A stretch of DNA of 64,000 bases. Source: Thermodesulfobacteriota bacterium. Lineage in GTDB: Bacteria; Desulfobacterota_D; UBA1144. The notes under the pieces were generated by a model. That model was not told the DNA's origin. It saw only the letters and a list, made by a program, of their open reading frames with translations, and searched no databases. This document shows positions 36,964 to 46,735 of the stretch, one piece after another; position 1 is the first letter of the stretch; every line of letters begins with the position of its first letter. The position numbers and the translations under genes are program-made. The stretch spans positions 25,836 through 89,835 of the forward strand of contig JAYYZJ010000008.1 of NCBI GenBank assembly GCA_036340075.1, written 5' to 3'.

Positions 36964-37975
36964 ATTTTTCCCAAGAAATAAAGATATAAAAGTATCTGAA
37001 ATAGGCTTCGGCGTATGGTCTGTTGCTACCAAGTGGTGGGGAGTAACCGATGAGAAACTTGCTTTATCTTTGCTTCAACATGCTTTTGATAGAGGAATAA
37101 ATTTTTTTGATACCGCTGATGTATATGGAGAAGGATATGGAGAAGAAATATTATCCAAAGCTTTTCCAAAGTCTAGAGATAAGAGAATATATGCAACTAA
37201 ATTTGGCTACGATATATATTCTAATCCAGGTGAAAGGAAGGGACACACAGAGCTTCCACAAAAATTTTCTTCTAAAGATATAATATTCTCTTGCGAACAA
37301 AGTCTTAAAAGACTAAAAACCGATTATATAGATATATATCAAATGCATAATCCAAGATTTGATTTTATTAACAATGAGGAAGTATTGGATACTTTGAAAC
37401 AATTGGTAAAAGAAGGAAAAATCAGATCATTTGCTATGGCACTTGGACCTGATATTGGCTGGCTTGAAGAAGGCCTAGATGCAATGAATCATGAACCAAT
37501 CGCAATACAAATAATTTATAACTTACTAGAACAAGAGCCTTCAAAGTTTCTTTTTGAAAAATCTGAAAAAACATCAACAGGATTAATAGCCAGGGTGCCT
37601 CATGCATCAGGTATTATGGATGGGACCTTTACAAAGGAGAGGACATTTGAAAAGAGCGATCACCGCAGTCATAGAAAACAGAAGTGGATGGAAGCTGGAC
37701 TACAAGCAAAAAAAGACTTAGACTTTTTATACAAAGAAAATGATAGAACAATAGGACAAGCCGCTATATTGTTCTCATTGGCAGTTAACAATATTTGTAC
37801 AGTACTTCCAAATTTTACAAACCATGAAGAAATTGATGAATTTACTGAAGCTTCTGATATGCCCCCTCTTTCAGATTCTGATTTAACAAAAATAGAAGAT
37901 TTATGGAATAATTCCCATTCAGATATTCTTTCTCAACCCTTTTCAGATAGTACTACCAAACCTACACCTACTTAG
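36953..37975 (+). CDS. Aldo/keto reductase
   Basis: SEIGFG, FFDTADVYG, ATKFG, SLKRLKTDYIDIYQMH. Confidence 0.92.
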   Translation: MNYRFFPRNKDIKVSEIGFGVWSVATKWWGVTDEKLALSLLQHAFDRGINFFDTADVYGEGYGEEILSKAFPKSRDKRIYATKFGYDIYSNPGERKGHTELPQKFSSKDIIFSCEQSLKRLKTDYIDIYQMHNPRFDFINNEEVLDTLKQLVKEGKIRSFAMALGPDIGWLEEGLDAMNHEPIAIQIIYNLLEQEPSKFLFEKSEKTSTGLIARVPHASGIMDGTFTKERTFEKSDHRSHRKQKWMEAGLQAKKDLDFLYKENDRTIGQAAILFSLAVNNICTVLPNFTNHEEIDEFTEASDMPPLSDSDLTKIEDLWNNSHSDILSQPFSDSTTKPTPT

Positions 37976-37983
37976 TTTTGATT

Positions 37984-39300
37984 TTAATTCATTTTTAATG
38001 CTCTAAAATAGAAATATGTTCCTACTGATAATATGCATAGATTTCTTATAACTAATGATAGAGCTGCTCCATCATGTTGCATAGCTCTAACTAAATAAAA
38101 TAGCGATAAGCAATAAATTATTGTTGTAATTATAGTTATCATTGTAAGATATTTAGCTTTTCCAAGAGCCAGCATTGATGGATTAATCCAATATCCTCCA
38201 TTATGAAGTATCATTGCAATTATTAGAATGAAGAGTGCGGATTCCGCATTTATATATTGTGCACCAAAAAATAATGCAATAATCTCTGAAGAAAATAAGT
38301 ATATCCCTGATCCCACAATCAATGAAGACAACACAAGCATTTTTACAGATTCTATTATTACTTTTTTATAGTTTTGAAAATCTTTTTCCGCATTTAATTT
38401 AACAAACTCTGGGAATATTATCTCTAGAGCAGGGTCCATTATCCTTCTTATAATCTTAGTTATTGCCCTTGCTACTCTATATAGACCGGCATAGATAGGT
38501 CCAACAAAATAACCTACGACTAATACACCAAGATTTTTATCATTAGCCAGATTAAGGATGTTCGAAAAATGCGCATTTGACATAAACTTTAGGTAATCAA
38601 ATCTTTCAGAACGATTAAGAGAATTAGATGGTTTAAGATTAATTTTTTCTTCATTTAAAGCTTTTTTTAAGTAAATAAATCTTAATAGTGCCCCCATTGC
38701 AAAAGCTACAACAAAACAAATCAACACTTCTGTTAATGCTCCATAGTAATATATACATAAAACGACCAGAACTAATCTTAATAGATTTGTAATAATATTT
38801 ATTTTAAGAATTGAATTATATTGGTTATAGGTTCGTAACATTCCATCAAAATTATCATTTACAGAAATAAACAAGACGGAGAAGGCGTATATAGATATAA
38901 GCTTAGCAAGTTGATCATGCTCTACGACAGCGCCGAAAAGAGTAAAGCTAAAAAGATTATGGGTTACCCAATCGGCAAGAAGCAAAATAAGTATTAGGGA
39001 GAAGAAAGAGGAAAAAAAAGATACCATTGTTGAAAAAGATATATAGCTAGAGATATTTTGCTTATTGGTCGCATTATCCCCAATAAATTTAACTGTAGTG
39101 TCCCACACTCTGAAGCTAAAGAGTATGTTTAATATTTCTACGCTGGAGATTATCATTGCAAAAATTCCAAATTGACTAACTCCAAGCCATCTTGCTATTA
39201 TTAAAAGTGTTAGTGCTGACGCCAATCCACCAATTATTTTAGTTGATACAAGCAATTTGTAGTTATTTAATATTCTTTTTTTGATATCATCAAATTTCAT
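37984..39300 (-). CDS. Polysaccharide flippase (Wzx/RfbX family)
   Basis: IIARWLGVSQFG, AGLYRVA, FFGAQY, about 12 TM helices. Confidence 0.8.
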   Translation of the reverse strand: MKFDDIKKRILNNYKLLVSTKIIGGLASALTLLIIARWLGVSQFGIFAMIISSVEILNILFSFRVWDTTVKFIGDNATNKQNISSYISFSTMVSFFSSFFSLILILLLADWVTHNLFSFTLFGAVVEHDQLAKLISIYAFSVLFISVNDNFDGMLRTYNQYNSILKINIITNLLRLVLVVLCIYYYGALTEVLICFVVAFAMGALLRFIYLKKALNEEKINLKPSNSLNRSERFDYLKFMSNAHFSNILNLANDKNLGVLVVGYFVGPIYAGLYRVARAITKIIRRIMDPALEIIFPEFVKLNAEKDFQNYKKVIIESVKMLVLSSLIVGSGIYLFSSEIIALFFGAQYINAESALFILIIAMILHNGGYWINPSMLALGKAKYLTMITIITTIIYCLSLFYLVRAMQHDGAALSLVIRNLCILSVGTYFYFRALKMN

Positions 39301-40865
39301 TTTATTTGATTAATTTTAAAGATATTCTTTTTTGAATTTTCTTTAATAAAACCTATTATTTCTTTATCAAAAAAATGTATCTTTTTATTTTCAGATATGC
39401 AATTCATATTCCTGTCTCCAGATAAAGTGTTATAAGGCTTCTTGCAGAATAGTGGTATATTGAAATATATTTCATTAAATCTACTGATTCTTTCATTGAA
39501 TTCATTTTTATTTTCTACTTTACTAAAAAGCGGGAGATAATAAGGCTTTAAGGGCACAATGTCAGACCTTTTGTAGTCCAACTGTCTTTCTCCGAATATT
39601 ACGGCACTCCCATCTTTAATCTTTTTGTATTTCTCCATTATTTTTGCTACATTTTGATTGTAATTTATTTCATTGTAAGAAATTTGTTTATAGAGCACAT
39701 TAAACGAAAAAGAAAATGCGCCTATGCAACACAATATTATATATATTTTATTAAAATCTTTGCACCATATTTGTTTTTTTGAAAGTATTTTTAAAATTAT
39801 TCCTAAGCCAATTAAAAGTAATGATGGGAATAATATTCTATATGAAAAAGGTGAGAACCAAATTATCAATCTCCAAACAAAAACCACCAATATATATAAA
39901 ACACCGGAAGCAATTAACTTGTTTGATAGCTTGTTTAAATATGTGTAAACAACTTCTTTTTCTTTAAGGTACTTGTAAATATAATAAATTAAATACAAGG
40001 ATAAGATTGATGATAAAGATGCAGAAATAGGGTTGCTAGAGAACCTTACACTTGCCATTATTAAATTTAATTCTTCAAACATTTTCTTTATAAACTGTAT
40101 AGATATTTCATAAGAAGATTCATAAGTTAGATAAGCATGGGAATATGTAGTAAATCCTGAAGAAATCTTATTAATAGACAAATAAGCTGCTACATATATT
40201 GAACAGTAAAGAAGCAGTAAAACCAGATGCTTAAATGAAGATTGATTCTTCTTAAATGCCCAAATTAAGTATAGAAAATTAAATACTAATAAATAGGCAC
40301 CTATGTATCTACTGGTGAAAGCTAAAACGAATGCAAAGAAAGCATAGATTAGATTTTTTTTTGATTGACTAATTTCTAACTCATGTAGTCTTAGTATATA
40401 AAGGACGAGACCCAATCCAAATAAACTTTCAGTCATAGTATATGAAAAGATATTTATAAAACTTCCCCAAATAAAAATTACAGGAATTAAAGAGAACCCA
40501 GATTTAACATATCTTTTTACTGAAAATATTATTAAAATTCCTGCAATTATGTTGATAAACTTAGATGACCAGAAAACGTCTAAATGACTTATTTTCGATA
40601 ACAAATAAATTGAAAATGGATATCCAATTGGCCAAGTACTAAAAAACCTACTATCACCACTATTAGTCCAGGAGTAAACACTGAAACCATTACCATCCTT
40701 TAAAGACTGAGCTAATCTTAAAAAGTGTGTTGAGTCATTTGTTAAAAAACCATTTATATCTATATACGAATTTGATAAGACAGAGTAAATAAAAGCCAGA
40801 ATAGAAACAGTAAAAACTAATTTTTCAATCCCACGATGATTTTTTTCTTCAGAGTTTGGAGCCAT
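39297..40865 (-). CDS. Multi-pass membrane protein, GT-C (ArnT/PMT-like) glycosyltransferase candidate
   Basis: TNDSTHF...WPIGYP loop after TM1, MTESLF, TSRYIG, YRILFP; C-terminal soluble domain. Confidence 0.6.
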   Translation of the reverse strand: MAPNSEEKNHRGIEKLVFTVSILAFIYSVLSNSYIDINGFLTNDSTHFLRLAQSLKDGNGFSVYSWTNSGDSRFFSTWPIGYPFSIYLLSKISHLDVFWSSKFINIIAGILIIFSVKRYVKSGFSLIPVIFIWGSFINIFSYTMTESLFGLGLVLYILRLHELEISQSKKNLIYAFFAFVLAFTSRYIGAYLLVFNFLYLIWAFKKNQSSFKHLVLLLLYCSIYVAAYLSINKISSGFTTYSHAYLTYESSYEISIQFIKKMFEELNLIMASVRFSSNPISASLSSILSLYLIYYIYKYLKEKEVVYTYLNKLSNKLIASGVLYILVVFVWRLIIWFSPFSYRILFPSLLLIGLGIILKILSKKQIWCKDFNKIYIILCCIGAFSFSFNVLYKQISYNEINYNQNVAKIMEKYKKIKDGSAVIFGERQLDYKRSDIVPLKPYYLPLFSKVENKNEFNERISRFNEIYFNIPLFCKKPYNTLSGDRNMNCISENKKIHFFDKEIIGFIKENSKKNIFKINQIK

Positions 40866-40909
40866 TTCAATTATTCTATATCAATTACAATATTAATAAA
40901 TATATTAGT

Positions 40910-40938
40910 TTGACTAATTAGCTAATTAAATTTATCAT
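40910..40938 (+). promoter_or_regulatory. Sigma70-type promoter with a 14-bp palindrome in the spacer
   Basis: TTGACT, 17 nt, TATCAT; TAATTAGCTAATTA at 40915-40928. Confidence 0.55.
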
Positions 40939-40951
40939 CCTACTCAATCAG

Positions 40952-41353
40952 ATGGCTAAATTCTTGCAATATTTATATTCTCTACTAAAAGATATTAAAA
41001 CTTATAAGTGGGGAACTATTGGTCTATTTGCTTTATTGTGTGATTATTCTACTTATAATTTTCTTCTTTCTATAATTGATATGGATTACGCAAAAGCGGC
41101 ATCAACTTTTGTAGGAGTTAACATATCATTTCATTTTAATAGACTTTGGACTTTTCAATCAAAGGCAAAGTATTTTGATGATTTAAAAAGATATCTTGCT
41201 CTATATTCTCTCACAATTGCAGTCAATGTATATGCAAACAAAGTATCCTATATGATCTTAGAAGATATCAACACAGCTTACTTGATAGCTTTATTTATTT
41301 CTGTAACTATAGGATATTTCGGGCAAAGACTATGGGTTTTTAAAAATAGGTAA
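40952..41353 (+). CDS. GtrA-family protein
   Basis: 4 TM helices, FHFNRLWTF and QRLWVF motifs. Confidence 0.88.
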   Translation: MAKFLQYLYSLLKDIKTYKWGTIGLFALLCDYSTYNFLLSIIDMDYAKAASTFVGVNISFHFNRLWTFQSKAKYFDDLKRYLALYSLTIAVNVYANKVSYMILEDINTAYLIALFISVTIGYFGQRLWVFKNR

Positions 41354-41375
41354 AACTAGGTTATATTTTCAATAA

Positions 41376-42362
41376 ATGAAAAAAATTCTTTTAACTGGTG
41401 CAGCGGGATTCATTGGATATCATCTTTCTCTTTTATTATTAAAAAAAGGCTATGTTGTTTATGGAGTAGACAACCTAAATAATAATTATGATAAGAGAAT
41501 AAAAGAATGGAGATTGTCCCAACTAAAGAAATACAATAGTTTTAAATTTACCAAGCTAGATATATCTTCACCAGGAACAATTAAAAAATATTTTAATAGA
41601 AATTTTAAATCAAACGATTTGTACTCAATTATCAATCTTGCAGCAAGAACTGGAGTTAGAAAATCAACTATAGATCCATATTCATATTACAAATCCAATG
41701 TCCTAGGTCTACTTAATTTAGTACAGTTGTCTAAAGAATACAAAGTTAAGAAGTTTCTGCACGCGTCTACTTCAAGTGTTTATGGAGAGAGCAAGGAGTC
41801 TAGTTTTAAAGTCAATGCGAATACAAACAATCCATTGTCTAATTATGCCGCATCAAAGAAAAGTTCAGAAATACTATTGTACGCATACCATAAGTTGCAC
41901 AAGCAAGATATATCAATATTAAGATTTTTTACTGTGTATGGACCAGCAGGAAGGCCGGATATGAGCCCATTTATATTTATTCAATCTTCAATAAACTCCA
42001 ACCCTATAAACCTTTATGGAACCGGTAAGCAAAAGAGAGATTTTACATATATAGATGATGTAATTGCAGGTATATACAAAGCCCTGAAATTAAAAGGCTT
42101 TAATACTTTAAATATTGGAAATAATAGACCTGTTTCAATTAATTCACTAATAGAAAAAATATCAGAGTTATCCGGTAAGCAAATTAAAATTATCAAGAAA
42201 CCTTCAAGTCCAGAAGATGTACCTTATACTTCCGCTAATTTATCTAAAACAAAGAAGTTAATTAATTGGTATCCTAAAACTAAAATTGATAAGGGCATAG
42301 CTAAGACTTTTAATTGGCACATAGAGAACAAAGAATGGCTAAAGAAGATAAAAACTTATTAA
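41376..42362 (+). CDS. NAD-dependent epimerase, UDP-glucuronate 4-epimerase-like
   Basis: TGAAGFIG, ASTSSVYG, YAASK, RFFTVYGPAGRPDM, RDFTYIDD. Confidence 0.9.
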   Translation: MKKILLTGAAGFIGYHLSLLLLKKGYVVYGVDNLNNNYDKRIKEWRLSQLKKYNSFKFTKLDISSPGTIKKYFNRNFKSNDLYSIINLAARTGVRKSTIDPYSYYKSNVLGLLNLVQLSKEYKVKKFLHASTSSVYGESKESSFKVNANTNNPLSNYAASKKSSEILLYAYHKLHKQDISILRFFTVYGPAGRPDMSPFIFIQSSINSNPINLYGTGKQKRDFTYIDDVIAGIYKALKLKGFNTLNIGNNRPVSINSLIEKISELSGKQIKIIKKPSSPEDVPYTSANLSKTKKLINWYPKTKIDKGIAKTFNWHIENKEWLKKIKTY

Positions 42363-43444
42363 AAGATTTAGTTGAGATTTCTAAATATTTTGGACAAAGG
42401 TTTGATTTAACTCAAGCAGCTGGTGGTAATTCGTCTATAAAGATAGGAAAAAAAATGTATATAAAATCTAGCGGCTATTCTTTGTCAGAAGTTACTTATA
42501 AGAATGGGTATACAATTTTAAACAATAACAAGCTGATTGACTATTTATATAAAGTAGAAAATAAAAAAATAAATTCTTATCTAGAAAGGCAATCAGCTAA
42601 AATTCTAAAGGACTCTGTAATCAAGGGTGGAAATCCTTCAATCGAAACATTTGCTCATTCACTTATGAAGAAATACACAATTCATATTCATCCAATTGCA
42701 ACCAACATGGTTTCAGTTAATAAACAGTCGGAAAAAATATTTAATAAAATCTTTAAGAAAAGAAGCAAAGATGTAAATCTTCTTTATATAAAATATAAAA
42801 ATCCGGGTATATCACTTGCAAATGAAATTATGAAGAATTTAGTTATAAACAAGGAGATATTGGATACAAATAAGCCGATTATTGTATTTCTCGAAAATCA
42901 CGGACTAATTTGCTCATCAGATTATAAATCAGAGTTAATAGAGACGGTAGAAAAGTTTGTTAGAAAATTTGAAAATTATTTAAAATTAGATTTTAAACGT
43001 TACAAGCAGACCACAGAAATATCAAAGATTCTTTGGGAAAATTCGTATAAAGACCTAGTATCTTATTACAGTGAAGATTCTTTACTGGATAAATTGATAC
43101 ATTTAAAAAATTCTAAAAATTTTGTCAAACCACTCAACCCCGATCAGTTGTTGTACTGTGGAGAGTCTCCGCTAATTGTTAAATCTTCACTTGAAGCGAG
43201 CATTAAAGCTTATATAGGAAAGAATCGAACTTATCCTAGAGTTGTAATTATTAAAAAAAGTGTTTATTTTATTGCCTGGAATGTTTTAAAGGCCAAGGAG
43301 AGGGAAGATGTCTTCAAGGCTCATTTGTATTTCAATTCCACAAAAGAACTTAAACGAACTTTAAAGAATAAGGATATTAAGAATTTAGAATCCTATAATC
43401 TTTTTAAAAATCGATTACGATTCTGGTTTGATTACATTAAATAA
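42335..43444 (+). CDS. Class II aldolase/adducin family protein
   Basis: QAAGGNSS, IKSSG, PSIETFAH, HIHP, LENHGL. ATG 42335 chosen as start. Confidence 0.82.
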   Translation: MAKEDKNLLKDLVEISKYFGQRFDLTQAAGGNSSIKIGKKMYIKSSGYSLSEVTYKNGYTILNNNKLIDYLYKVENKKINSYLERQSAKILKDSVIKGGNPSIETFAHSLMKKYTIHIHPIATNMVSVNKQSEKIFNKIFKKRSKDVNLLYIKYKNPGISLANEIMKNLVINKEILDTNKPIIVFLENHGLICSSDYKSELIETVEKFVRKFENYLKLDFKRYKQTTEISKILWENSYKDLVSYYSEDSLLDKLIHLKNSKNFVKPLNPDQLLYCGESPLIVKSSLEASIKAYIGKNRTYPRVVIIKKSVYFIAWNVLKAKEREDVFKAHLYFNSTKELKRTLKNKDIKNLESYNLFKNRLRFWFDYIK

Positions 43445-43753
43445 TTTGCTAATTTTATATCTATTTTTTGCGATAAATTTATATAAATTTTTTCCTATGT
43501 AATTAGGGAGTATTTTTAAAAGTTTTGTTAAGAAGGACTGGTTGTTTCTTGCTTCCATTGATTTAATAACAGCGTCAATTCCATAAAAATATTTACCCTC
43601 AGATTCAAATATCATTTCATTGTTCAGATAAAAATCTTTTCCTAATTTTTTTATATCTTGAATTTCTATTTCGCACTTTTCTCCTGATTTCATATATGAA
43701 GCATAATTTGAACAAATATTACAAGATTCGTCTATATATAGTTTTTTATCCAT
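43415..43753 (-). CDS. DCC1-like (DUF393) thiol-disulfide oxidoreductase family protein
   Basis: YIDESCNIC (DxxCxxC) and YKFIAKNRY. Start moved to ATG 43753 to avoid the tRNA. Confidence 0.8.
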   Translation of the reverse strand: MDKKLYIDESCNICSNYASYMKSGEKCEIEIQDIKKLGKDFYLNNEMIFESEGKYFYGIDAVIKSMEARNNQSFLTKLLKILPNYIGKNLYKFIAKNRYKISKLFNVIKPES

Positions 43754-43791
43754 TAAGATAATTGTAACTATTAATGATAAAATACTAAAAT

Positions 43792-43863
43792 CCGCTTGTA
43801 GTGTAATGGATAACACACTTGACTTCGGATCAAGTAATTGGGGTTCAAGTCCTCACGAGCGGG
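43792..43863 (+). tRNA. tRNA-Arg (anticodon UCG); CCA not encoded
   Basis: Acceptor CCGCTTG/CGAGCGG; D arm GTGT-AATGGATA-ACAC; anticodon arm CTTGA-CTTCGGA-TCAAG (TCG at 43825-43827); T arm TGGGG-TTCAAGT-CCTCA. Confidence 0.93.
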
Positions 43864-43868
43864 TAAGG

Positions 43869-45611
43869 CTATATGTCGATTAGTAAAGATTTGGCCTTTA
43901 CAATATTGTGATCTATGCATTCACTGAGAATTTCTTTTACTTGAGTAGGATCAGTTGTTTTTAGACAATCTTTTAGGACATTTTCACACTCGTTATAAGA
44001 TAGATCATGGATAACGCTTTTTATCTTAGGTATTGAGTGATAGTTCATACTTAATTCATTGATCCCCAGACCTATAAAGATAGGCAAACAATTAATGTCA
44101 TTGGCCATCTCTCCGCATACAGATATGTATGTTTTGTCAGGAACATTGTCAATTATGTATTTAAGTATTCTTATTACAGAAGGTTGAAAATGAGTAAAGA
44201 TATTCCTTAAGTTCTCATTTGTTCTGTCTGCAGCTAGTGTATATTGTATTAAATCATTTGTACCTATGCTTATAAAATCTATATGTTTGCAAATTTCATT
44301 TACTAATAATGCTGCTGAGGGAGTTTCTATTACTACTCCTATGAGGACTTCTTCATCAAATACAAAATCTTTTTTAAGATTGTTTATTATAGTTGTTGAT
44401 TCGACTACTTCATCTAATGTTGATATCATAGGAAGCAAGATTCTTACTGGCTTCTTTTTGTCTTGAGCTACTTTAAGAATAGCTTTAATTTGTTGAATAA
44501 AAGTTTCCTTTTCAAGCAATGAATATCTTATTCCTCGAACTCCTAAAGCAGGATTATTTTCTTCATTATTTATATCGTCAGACTTGTCACCACCTGTATC
44601 AAGAGTTCTAATTGTAATTTCATTGAACAAGTCATCTTTAAATAAACCTATATAATCTGAGTATTGCTCTTCCATTGAAGGGAATTGCTGTTTCCTAGTA
44701 AACAAAAATTCTGTTCTATACATCCCAATGCCTTCGGCTCCATACTTCTTAGAGATTTCCACTTCTGATGTAAGCTCAATATTAGCTTTTACAGAAACTA
44801 TTTTCTTATCTTTTGTTTCTCCCGACAATTTCGAAAAGTCCATCAAGCTTTCCTCAAGTGATACATATCTACTTCGTAAATCTTCCATTTGATCCTTTTC
44901 ATGTTTTTTCACTTTCCAAGTTGCTATTCCTTTGTATCCATCTACATAAACTTTTTGTCCAGTATCGAGACTTATGCTTATGTCTCCTAAAGACATGACT
45001 GTCGGTATACCCATTGATCTTGCAATTATCGCTGTGTGTGATGTTGTTCCTCCTAAATCTGTAAGAATCCCTTTAACTTTATCGTTCTCGCAGTACTTAA
45101 GGGCATCTATAGGAGACAAATCATGAGCTACAAGCACAGTATTTCTTTTAATATCTGCAAAATTGTCGCCAGAACCTCTTAAATTCTTAATTATTCTTTC
45201 AGCTATATAATAAAAATCCGCCAATCTTTCTTTCATGTATAGATCACTTACTTTAGAAAACTCTCTACTTTTATGTGTTAATACATTGTTTAATGCCCAT
45301 TCAGCGTTGATTAGTTTAGTTTCAATTATATTTATAACCTCTCCAGCTAATATTTCATCTTCTAGAATTAAAATATTGAAATCAAGAATTTCAATGTGTT
45401 CGGTTTTGTATTTAGATTCTTGGTTTCCTCTTAAAGCGCTAATCTCATCTTTTGATATTTCAACAGCGTTTTGGAATCTGTTTATTTCTTTTACGACTTC
45501 TCTTCTGTTGATTTTTCTTTTTTGTACCGCTGTTTTAGCTTGGTTTATTAACAAAACATTACCAACTGAGAAACCAGGTGATATTGCTAAACCTCTTTTC
45601 TCTTGACTCAT
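43869..45611 (-). CDS. ptsI: PTS enzyme I (phosphoenolpyruvate-protein phosphotransferase)
   Basis: GGTTSHTAI phospho-His, GMYRTEF, IRTLDTGGDK, ENNPALGVRGIR, SIGTNDL, CGEMA. No GAF domain. Confidence 0.95.
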   Translation of the reverse strand: MSQEKRGLAISPGFSVGNVLLINQAKTAVQKRKINRREVVKEINRFQNAVEISKDEISALRGNQESKYKTEHIEILDFNILILEDEILAGEVINIIETKLINAEWALNNVLTHKSREFSKVSDLYMKERLADFYYIAERIIKNLRGSGDNFADIKRNTVLVAHDLSPIDALKYCENDKVKGILTDLGGTTSHTAIIARSMGIPTVMSLGDISISLDTGQKVYVDGYKGIATWKVKKHEKDQMEDLRSRYVSLEESLMDFSKLSGETKDKKIVSVKANIELTSEVEISKKYGAEGIGMYRTEFLFTRKQQFPSMEEQYSDYIGLFKDDLFNEITIRTLDTGGDKSDDINNEENNPALGVRGIRYSLLEKETFIQQIKAILKVAQDKKKPVRILLPMISTLDEVVESTTIINNLKKDFVFDEEVLIGVVIETPSAALLVNEICKHIDFISIGTNDLIQYTLAADRTNENLRNIFTHFQPSVIRILKYIIDNVPDKTYISVCGEMANDINCLPIFIGLGINELSMNYHSIPKIKSVIHDLSYNECENVLKDCLKTTDPTQVKEILSECIDHNIVKAKSLLIDI

Positions 45612-45874
45612 GATGATTCTCCAAACTTATTATTAAATAATTCTTCAATTTCTCTTAATGCTTCGTTTTCATCTGAGCCGTTAACCTCAACAATAATTTC
45701 AGTATTTATACTTGCGGCAAGGGATAGAAGTCCTAAAATACTTTTTCCATTAGCTGTTATATGACCTTTTGATATCTTAATTTCGGAAACAAATTTATTC
45801 GTTAATTGGACGAGCTTTGAAGCAGCTCTTGCGTGCAGGCCTAATCTATTTGATATTATTATTTTCTTTTCCAT
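45608..45874 (-). CDS. ptsH: HPr phosphocarrier protein
   Basis: GLHARAA (His15) and NGKSILG (Ser46). Confidence 0.95.
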   Translation of the reverse strand: MEKKIIISNRLGLHARAASKLVQLTNKFVSEIKISKGHITANGKSILGLLSLAASINTEIIVEVNGSDENEALREIEELFNNKFGESS

Positions 45875-45914
45875 GGATTATTGATAAATTAAATAGAGTG
45901 CATATTATTGTTCT

Positions 45915-46643
45915 TTAAATTTCTTTATTAATTATTATATCATTTTGGAAATTTATTTGCATTGAGAAAGTTTTTGTCTTTAATTCTACATATAATGGTA
46001 GGTTAATGTCTTCGTTTTCTACAGGAGAGTATTTTGAGTAAGTTATTTCTATACCTCTTTTATCATTAATAAAAACCTTCTCTATTTCATTGGTCTTTAA
46101 ATCGATAATACATTTGTGTGTTTTATTGAACAGTAGAAGCTTGTTCCCATTCGAGATATACATATAGTTCTCATTAAAACTATCTAAATTCATTCCTAGC
46201 AAGAAATTATTTAATTCTAATGGGGTCAATGGTAAGTCTAAATATTTATTAAATATTCTTAAATTAAAATCACCAATATTTCTTATTCTATCTTTCTTTC
46301 CTAATCTTTTGTAGATAACTCTTTTATCTTCTGTAAAGAATTCAGCGACTTTGATTTTCCATATAGCAAATATATCAACATGTATATTAGACTCTTTCTT
46401 TATAGAATAGACTTGTACAAGTTTTAGTTTTTTTCTAAAAGGCAAATTATAAGTGACTTTGCTTTCTAGCCTAGCAGTTTTAATTAACTTTTTTTTATTT
46501 TTTAATTTTTCCACAATCTTTATTACATCAGTATCTGCATTTTTACTATTAATAGGTGTACTGGATTTTTCATTTGCAATAACTGCAAAATGAATAGAAA
46601 AAATTAAAATAAGTGTTGTAATAAGCTTATATATAAAATTCAT
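45915..46643 (-). CDS. Hypothetical exported protein (possibly LolA/LolB-like beta-rich fold)
   Basis: Signal peptide, beta-rich sequence, LDLPLTP..L..FLLG segment. The fold call is a guess. Confidence 0.55.
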   Translation of the reverse strand: MNFIYKLITTLILIFSIHFAVIANEKSSTPINSKNADTDVIKIVEKLKNKKKLIKTARLESKVTYNLPFRKKLKLVQVYSIKKESNIHVDIFAIWKIKVAEFFTEDKRVIYKRLGKKDRIRNIGDFNLRIFNKYLDLPLTPLELNNFLLGMNLDSFNENYMYISNGNKLLLFNKTHKCIIDLKTNEIEKVFINDKRGIEITYSKYSPVENEDINLPLYVELKTKTFSMQINFQNDIIINKEI

Positions 46644-46735
46644 TAGAACAGACTAAAACAGATTTAATTATTTTCTGAAATATCAATTACATCTTAACAT
46701 ATTGACTAAGATTTTTTATTTGTTTAAATATTCAT

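Noticed and set aside
43754..43816. N-terminal extension of the DCC-family ORF
   Set aside because: It overlaps the tRNA-Arg gene; the family motif begins right after Met 43753.
43792..43863. tRNA as an integration site for the adjacent glycosylation locus
   Set aside because: I saw no duplicated tRNA 3' end and no adjacent integrase, and the locus lies on the 5' side of the tRNA.
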